Origin: a virus
Taxonomy: Duplodnaviria; Caudoviricetes
DNA: 30,370 nucleotides
IMG/VR virus record: IMGVR_UViG_3300012348_000186
Coordinates: 1 to 30,370 of that record
Direction: 5' to 3' (one strand)
In this document: in pieces, positions 25,506 to 30,370 of the stretch
How the letters are laid out: each line of letters opens with the position of its first letter
How positions within the stretch are numbered: the stretch's first letter is position 1
Notes under the pieces: generated by a model
Databases searched by the model: none
Seen by the model: the letters and a program-made list of their open reading frames with translations, nothing else
What the model was told of the DNA's origin: nothing
Program-made: the position numbers and the translations under genes

Positions 25506-25885
25506 GATGGATATACCTTTCTGTCGAGTTCGAAGTGTGGTCCGTCTTTGAAGTTGCGCCAATCCCCACCCCAAACGATCGCCACGTTCAGCTCTTTTGC
25601 GGCTGTCTTCATCGCCGCCGCGATTTTATGATACAGTGGCCAACTCCAGTCGACTTGACTATCGACCCAAGCTCCGAGGTCTACCGCGTGTCCAGTGATG
25701 TGCCTCGAATTCATCGTCTGGCTGGCTCCCGATTCCAGCAGTGTTTTTTGCCGCTCCGGAGTCCGAAGACCTTCAAGGACTGTAAAATCCACTGTCGAGA
25801 TTTCTATCGCCTGATCAACGACCCGGACTAGATCCGGATGCACACCTTCGAGCCGCATTTTAGATCTGGGTCCGAGCTTGAACAT
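25493..25885 (-). CDS. endolysin, M15 family peptidase
   Basis: EGLRT.ERQ, SRHITGHAVD, WGGDW, DGPHFEL zinc-peptidase motifs. Confidence 0.9.
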   Translation of the reverse strand: MFKLGPRSKMRLEGVHPDLVRVVDQAIEISTVDFTVLEGLRTPERQKTLLESGASQTMNSRHITGHAVDLGAWVDSQVDWSWPLYHKIAAAMKTAAKELNVAIVWGGDWRNFKDGPHFELDRKVYPSWTR

Positions 25886-25893
25886 GATGTTTC

Positions 25894-26085
25894 CTATTTA
25901 GCAACGTAATGAATCACCACTGTTGGACGACCACGACCGTTGCGGCTCACAGTGCGTACAGCCTCAACGGGCAAACTAGATAGATATGTAAGAACTTCCT
26001 GCTTCGATAAGCCAACGGCATCAGCTAAATCTTTAACCGTTCTGGGGTTCTCACGAACCATCCGCATGATTTGTTCTTGTGTCAT
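25894..26085 (-). CDS. small HTH protein
   Basis: TVKDLADAVGLSKQEVLTYL...GRGRP. Confidence 0.6.
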   Translation of the reverse strand: MTQEQIMRMVRENPRTVKDLADAVGLSKQEVLTYLSSLPVEAVRTVSRNGRGRPTVVIHYVAK

Positions 26086-26101
26086 CTATCTACCCAAGAC
26101 A

Positions 26102-26293
26102 TCAAATAATTCCCTTGGACTTCAGCCAAAGATACAAGCCGACGGCGCACGCACCGACGAGATAGAAAAACTTCGAGACCACACTTTTACCTACTTCTTT
26201 GTAGACGTGGCTCGTGAGCTTCTCGATTGCCTTGTTAGCCGCCTTTTCAGCGATCTGCTCGATTTGTTCTTCAGTCAAGTTCGGTGGCGACAT
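26102..26293 (-). CDS. small single-TM protein (possible lysis accessory)
   Basis: AGGAG RBS; C-terminal hydrophobic segment; upstream of the endolysin. Confidence 0.65.
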   Translation of the reverse strand: MSPPNLTEEQIEQIAEKAANKAIEKLTSHVYKEVGKSVVSKFFYLVGACAVGLYLWLKSKGII

Positions 26294-26312
26294 CCCACAC
26301 TCCTACTTCAAA

Positions 26313-26666
26313 TTACAAGCCCTGACCGGGCGTGACATAGACGGTGGTAGCGCCAGAAGCGAGGCCACTGAAGAAGGTGTCCTTGTTGAAACGAAGGATT
26401 TCGACAGCGCCCGGAACCAAAACGATGGCGTCTGAAGGCGTTCCAGCAACTGGAGCAACGGCAGCAGCTTGCGCCAGTGCAGCCGTCGAGCCTGTGCCCA
26501 AGAATACAGTGTTCGAGCCTACGTTTACGAAGCGATACTGGCCTGTGTTCTGTGGGCTAAACTTCTCATAGACCGGAGCCTGCACGCCTGCTGGTACAGT
26601 GCCAGCAGCTGCTATGGCAACTGTCTGGCCAAGTGGGACGAACGCGATTTGCGAATTAGTACTCAT
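26313..26666 (-). CDS. putative virion protein
   Basis: 117 aa, Ala/Gly/Thr-rich, ends VYVTPGQGL; AAGGAG RBS. Confidence 0.65.
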   Translation of the reverse strand: MSTNSQIAFVPLGQTVAIAAAGTVPAGVQAPVYEKFSPQNTGQYRFVNVGSNTVFLGTGSTAALAQAAAVAPVAGTPSDAIVLVPGAVEILRFNKDTFFSGLASGATTVYVTPGQGL

Positions 26667-26667
26667 T

Positions 26668-26913
26668 TCAAACTCCTTGTGTAGCGATCGCTGCTTGGTA
26701 CGCGGCCACGACTTTAGCAGTGTGCACGGCCTTACAGATAGCCTTCACACGCGCATCCTCGCTGCTGTAGTCAGCGCCCGGTACTATGGTGTGGCGGTGG
26801 AAGTTGCCGCTAATTTGCTTCCCATCTTCGATGGTGGTGGTCTTGATGCGAACTTGCACAACACCGTTTTCGAGAACTTCAATCAAATCGGCAAAGGTAA
26901 TTTTTTCCAACAT
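26668..26913 (-). CDS. tail fibre-associated small protein
   Basis: IEVLENGVVQVR...EDG..IS..FHRH...EDARV.AIC.AVHT, a family I recognise next to tail fibre genes. Confidence 0.7.
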   Translation of the reverse strand: MLEKITFADLIEVLENGVVQVRIKTTTIEDGKQISGNFHRHTIVPGADYSSEDARVKAICKAVHTAKVVAAYQAAIATQGV

Positions 26914-26987
26914 ATCATTTCCTTGTTTCCAGCCACGGTATCCACCGCGGTATTAAGGTTTCCAGTTGTCCGAACTGGTACGGTTGA

Positions 26988-28241
26988 TCAATTTGGCGCT
27001 ATCAACGCCACGGTTTTTACAATATAACTACCTGATGCCATAGCCAATCGCAATAAGTTTCCGCCCGATAGAGTGTACGTCCTTGCGGCTGGTGATCCGT
27101 TTACAGTGGCAGTAACGACACGCGAAACGTAGCCGCCAAAGCACACCACAACCTCGTCGTAAAAAACATTGCTGCCTACGGAGCCAGTAACACCGATTTT
27201 CGCAAAACTCAATGTGTTTCCACCGCTGGTTGGGTTTCCGGCAAGGGAGTAGATTGTTGTTGCCGATGTGCCAACTATTACTTCTGGGTTTGCACCTATT
27301 ACGGCCACAATGCTGTTGTACTGGTCTTGAAAATAACCATTGGTGATTTCGCCAGAGATGTAAGTTGCCAGCGATGCAACAGAGTTGTTCACTGAGTAAA
27401 CTTTGCTGACTCCGTAAGTTCCTGGAACTGATGCGTCAAGATAAATATCACTGGCGCTTGACCCTTCGTAGTCACCGCCAATGATGGTAATGTTTCGGCA
27501 ATCACTCATTTGAAACGCAGCTTGATTGCCGCCAGCATTTCCAGGGTTTTCAACAATGCAACCGTAAAAACCCAAACCCCAAGCGGCATTGATGCGGATG
27601 CCAGTGCATCGCACAGAGTAAAACTGCAAAGTGGTCAATACCAGTTGAGCAGCACCAAAATCGTCGCCGTTTATAACAATTCGGGAACAGTGAATGTCGT
27701 AAAACGACATACTTGACCCAGTTTTGCTTAAATAAATATGACTGTTGTCAGTTGGGCCACCGAAAAAAGACAAATTTCTGAACGAGCAAGCGTAAGTATT
27801 TTCCAACCATAACCCGACAGATCCGTTTGCACCCGTAGTTGTCATGGCTGACAGATCAAACTGCAACCCCTCGACACAAATGTCGGCCACGTTTTTTGCG
27901 GTGTCACCGTTAGTGTCAATGCTAAGAATGCGCGTGCAAGCAGCCGTGCCTTTTAAAACAGCGTTTTCACCAAAAAGCGTGATGCCGTTAACTGCTCCAT
28001 TGTTGGAACTGTCCACGGGAACTATGCGCAACCCTGAGACTTTGTAAATGCCACGGGGGAAGTAGATTCCACCACCTGTGTCGGCAACAGTGGCTGGTGT
28101 GCCAGCAGGCAGCTTGAAAACATCAATGGCTGCTTGAATGGCTGCTGTGTCGTCTGCAACTCCATCACCAACAGCGCCAAAATCTTTCACGTTCAACGGC
28201 GCACCGTTGATCATCGAATAAGTTGCTTTTGTCAAACTCAT
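26988..28241 (-). CDS. tailspike / depolymerase with pectate lyase-like beta-helix
   Basis: NVKDFGAVGDGVADDTAAIQAAID...IYFPRGIY followed by beta-helix-like repeats. Confidence 0.85.
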   Translation of the reverse strand: MSLTKATYSMINGAPLNVKDFGAVGDGVADDTAAIQAAIDVFKLPAGTPATVADTGGGIYFPRGIYKVSGLRIVPVDSSNNGAVNGITLFGENAVLKGTAACTRILSIDTNGDTAKNVADICVEGLQFDLSAMTTTGANGSVGLWLENTYACSFRNLSFFGGPTDNSHIYLSKTGSSMSFYDIHCSRIVINGDDFGAAQLVLTTLQFYSVRCTGIRINAAWGLGFYGCIVENPGNAGGNQAAFQMSDCRNITIIGGDYEGSSASDIYLDASVPGTYGVSKVYSVNNSVASLATYISGEITNGYFQDQYNSIVAVIGANPEVIVGTSATTIYSLAGNPTSGGNTLSFAKIGVTGSVGSNVFYDEVVVCFGGYVSRVVTATVNGSPAARTYTLSGGNLLRLAMASGSYIVKTVALIAPN

Positions 28242-28250
28242 ATCGAATCC

Positions 28251-28766
28251 TTATGCGTTATAAGTAATGCTTGCAGCAATCAAATAACCAGTTCCACCTG
28301 GATATAAATTGTTGTATGTCAGCATTTGTATAGTGCTAGTGGTCAAAAAAGTCATTGCCACTTGAAGCCCAACAACCGCATACTCACGACCTGTGCCAGC
28401 ATCAGATCGAGTTGTTGCTGCGTTAAACGGCACACCGCCAATCACCAAAGCGGCAGCGCCAGTGCCGTTGTTGGCGATAGAAATGTTCATGTTTAAAGTA
28501 ACTTGTCGTCCGATTTTTGTGTAGTTCCCCGAGGCGCTGACGGTGGTAATTGAGCCAACAGCAGAAGTAACCGTAGGCGTCCAAGTACCTTCTTCATAGT
28601 CAGCCAGCAACTCGCTTGTGCCTGTACCCGGTGTGGCAGAAAAGTCGATGCCTTTTCCAGAGGTGCCGATTACCAGGTTCCCTGTTGAAAGCGTGACATC
28701 GCCAGGTAATGTAATGGGCGTCTGAATCTGGCTGGCGTTGATTGAGTTGGTAACTGCCTTGAGCAT
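28251..28766 (-). CDS. short tail fibre-like protein
   Basis: GKGIDFSA...LADYEEGTWTP...G.YTKIGRQV. Confidence 0.75.
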   Translation of the reverse strand: MLKAVTNSINASQIQTPITLPGDVTLSTGNLVIGTSGKGIDFSATPGTGTSELLADYEEGTWTPTVTSAVGSITTVSASGNYTKIGRQVTLNMNISIANNGTGAAALVIGGVPFNAATTRSDAGTGREYAVVGLQVAMTFLTTSTIQMLTYNNLYPGGTGYLIAASITYNA

Positions 28767-28776
28767 TTCGGTCTCC

Positions 28777-29268
28777 TTAAACCAAGAATTCGATCACCGA
28801 AGTGAGGGGTGGCGCTTCTGAGAATGTCACATTACCGCCAGCCAGTGTGTATGTGCTTTGATTCTGATAAACACCATTGATGTAAATAAGACTTGGCACG
28901 AATGGCACAGCAAAGACCGTTTCAACACCATCGCCTGTTTCATTGACGTACAAATTTCCAGCTGATCCTGGGAATGTGTTGCCATTCAGCGAGGTGTAGA
29001 CCAAGCTGCCTTTGCTGTCCAGCACCTGGATGCTGTAGTCGCTGGCCACGTAGAAGCGAGACGGCGTACCCTGATATACTGGATAACCATTTAGCGTGCG
29101 GATCGGCAAAGCTGCTGGAATGGTCAAGGCCGAATCCCAATATACCAAGATGGGGTTGACTTGTGGGCTAAGGTTTACTGTACCGATCCAAATATAGCCG
29201 TTCTCCAATGGCTGGCCGTCGATATCAGCAAACGCTGGATATGGTGGTTGAACTTCAATCGCGGACAT
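28777..29268 (-). CDS. stand-alone P22-type tailspike head-binding domain protein (adaptor)
   Basis: F.DIDGQPLENGYIWIG..NL.PQVNPI.VYWD...PIRTLNGYP...YSIQV, plus C-terminal YINGVYQ...TFSEAPP module. Confidence 0.75.
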   Translation of the reverse strand: MSAIEVQPPYPAFADIDGQPLENGYIWIGTVNLSPQVNPILVYWDSALTIPAALPIRTLNGYPVYQGTPSRFYVASDYSIQVLDSKGSLVYTSLNGNTFPGSAGNLYVNETGDGVETVFAVPFVPSLIYINGVYQNQSTYTLAGGNVTFSEAPPLTSVIEFLV

Positions 29269-30368
29269 TATTCGGCCTCTTCAGGTTGTGGTGGTGTTCG
29301 AACTTGCTTTTCAGCAGCGAGAGTGGACATCAAGCGTTTCAGCAGTTCAGCTTCCTCAGCGCTGCCGGGACGGACTTGTGGGAATTTCATCAGCAGATTG
29401 CGAACCGCCGCTGATTCATAGAGTCGTGCAGCGCCGCCGACTGTGGCCATGCCCCCAGCAGTCGCTACAGCGCCGGGGAGACCCCCGCCGACCCCAGCGC
29501 CACCGATCCCGAGCATAGCATAGAAGTTCTGGATGCCACTCGGAGGGAGGGCTGCAGCTTCACCCGCACGCTTGGTACTGTTAAGAACCCGAGCGAGTCC
29601 TTGAACCCGCTTGAGGTCGTCCCCCGTGAAGAAGATATTAACCGATTTGCCGAGGTCGCGTACCTGATTCGCGAAGCGGTCAGGACTCACGTTGTCGATG
29701 CCACCCGCCTTTTCGACGGCACGAGCGATAATGGCAGAACGAGCGTTCGCACGGCCAGTGGAAGACAGGTTACGATAAAGCTGCGCCACTTCGCTGGGTT
29801 TACGACTGAAGAGCATATTATACACGACTTCAGGTGTCGCATCGCCACGCTTGAGCACCGATTCGAGAGCAGTTTTTTCCACATCTCCCATCATGTCGGC
29901 CAGACGAGCATTCGAAACTTTCCATTTCAGGAAATCGCGACGGTCGCCGTTAGCCTTGATGAAGTCGCCCATGTCGTCCACGAGCGGACGGTAAATCGAG
30001 GACACGGCTTTCTCGCCGATCGAGCGGACGGAACCAAGCTCAGGACTCTTGAATGCTTCACCCAGCTGTTTGCGGAGCGATTCGATACTACGAAGATCCT
30101 GATTCTGAACCGATGCTTTCCAGTCGCGAAGCACCTTAATCGCGGGTTCGAGTTGTGCGTTATTGAGCTTCGACAGATCGGCGATCTGGTCATCGATCGC
30201 TTTAAGCGTGCGGGGGAGGTCCACCGCTTTGCCCGACACGTCGTCGACCATGGTTTGAGCGAGTTGCCGCTTCTCAACTGCTGCTGTGTTTGCGTCTTCA
30301 ATCGCGGACCGATATTCACCGATACGCTTTTGGAGGCGTTCAATACGTTGCTGTCCGGCCCATCCGAG
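29268..30368 (-). CDS. C-terminal part of a large helical protein, probably DNA ejection/transfer protein (5' end outside the window)
   Basis: Frame stays open from ATG 30251 to the window edge; alpha-helical with a Gly/Ala-rich hydrophobic stretch; position before the tailspike as in P22. Confidence 0.65.
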   Translation of the reverse strand, partial: LGWAGQQRIERLQKRIGEYRSAIEDANTAAVEKRQLAQTMVDDVSGKAVDLPRTLKAIDDQIADLSKLNNAQLEPAIKVLRDWKASVQNQDLRSIESLRKQLGEAFKSPELGSVRSIGEKAVSSIYRPLVDDMGDFIKANGDRRDFLKWKVSNARLADMMGDVEKTALESVLKRGDATPEVVYNMLFSRKPSEVAQLYRNLSSTGRANARSAIIARAVEKAGGIDNVSPDRFANQVRDLGKSVNIFFTGDDLKRVQGLARVLNSTKRAGEAAALPPSGIQNFYAMLGIGGAGVGGGLPGAVATAGGMATVGGAARLYESAAVRNLLMKFPQVRPGSAEEAELLKRLMSTLAAEKQVRTPPQPEEAE

Positions 30369-30370
30369 GT

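Noticed and set aside
29927-30343. 138-aa ORF suggesting a frameshift in the ejection-type gene
   Set aside because: The main frame is open from 30251 to the window edge, so no frameshift is needed
1-30370. Integrated prophage or lysogeny module
   Set aside because: No integrase, CI/Cro pair, att-flanking tRNA or host genes in the window; the missing part of the genome cannot be judged

Overview
A 30 kb piece of a tailed phage genome with P22-like podovirus virion genes. The minus-strand late arm runs terS, terL, portal, scaffold, coat, gp4-like connector and the start of gp10 off the left edge. It resumes at the right edge with an ejection-type protein, a split tailspike module, an M15 endolysin and a 3TM holin, so the genome is circularly permuted and partly missing. 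A repeat-rich non-coding control region of about 1 kb (8.2-9.2 kb) lies between divergent sigma70-type promoters. The plus-strand arm has many small early genes, an SNF2 helicase, an SSB-like gene and a complete 2-aminoadenine (Z-genome) cluster: DpoZ-type family A polymerase, PurZ, MazZ and DatZ. A PD-(D/E)xK nuclease and an AEP primase/VirE helicase fusion follow. Beyond the known Z pathway I saw chromosomal parS-like palindromes with no parB in the window, two paralogous Ala/Lys-rich early proteins, two extra nucleotide-metabolism-like genes, a hairpin motif repeated before the scaffold and coat genes, and a probably leaderless terS transcript. All family calls come from motif recognition by eye; no searches were run.
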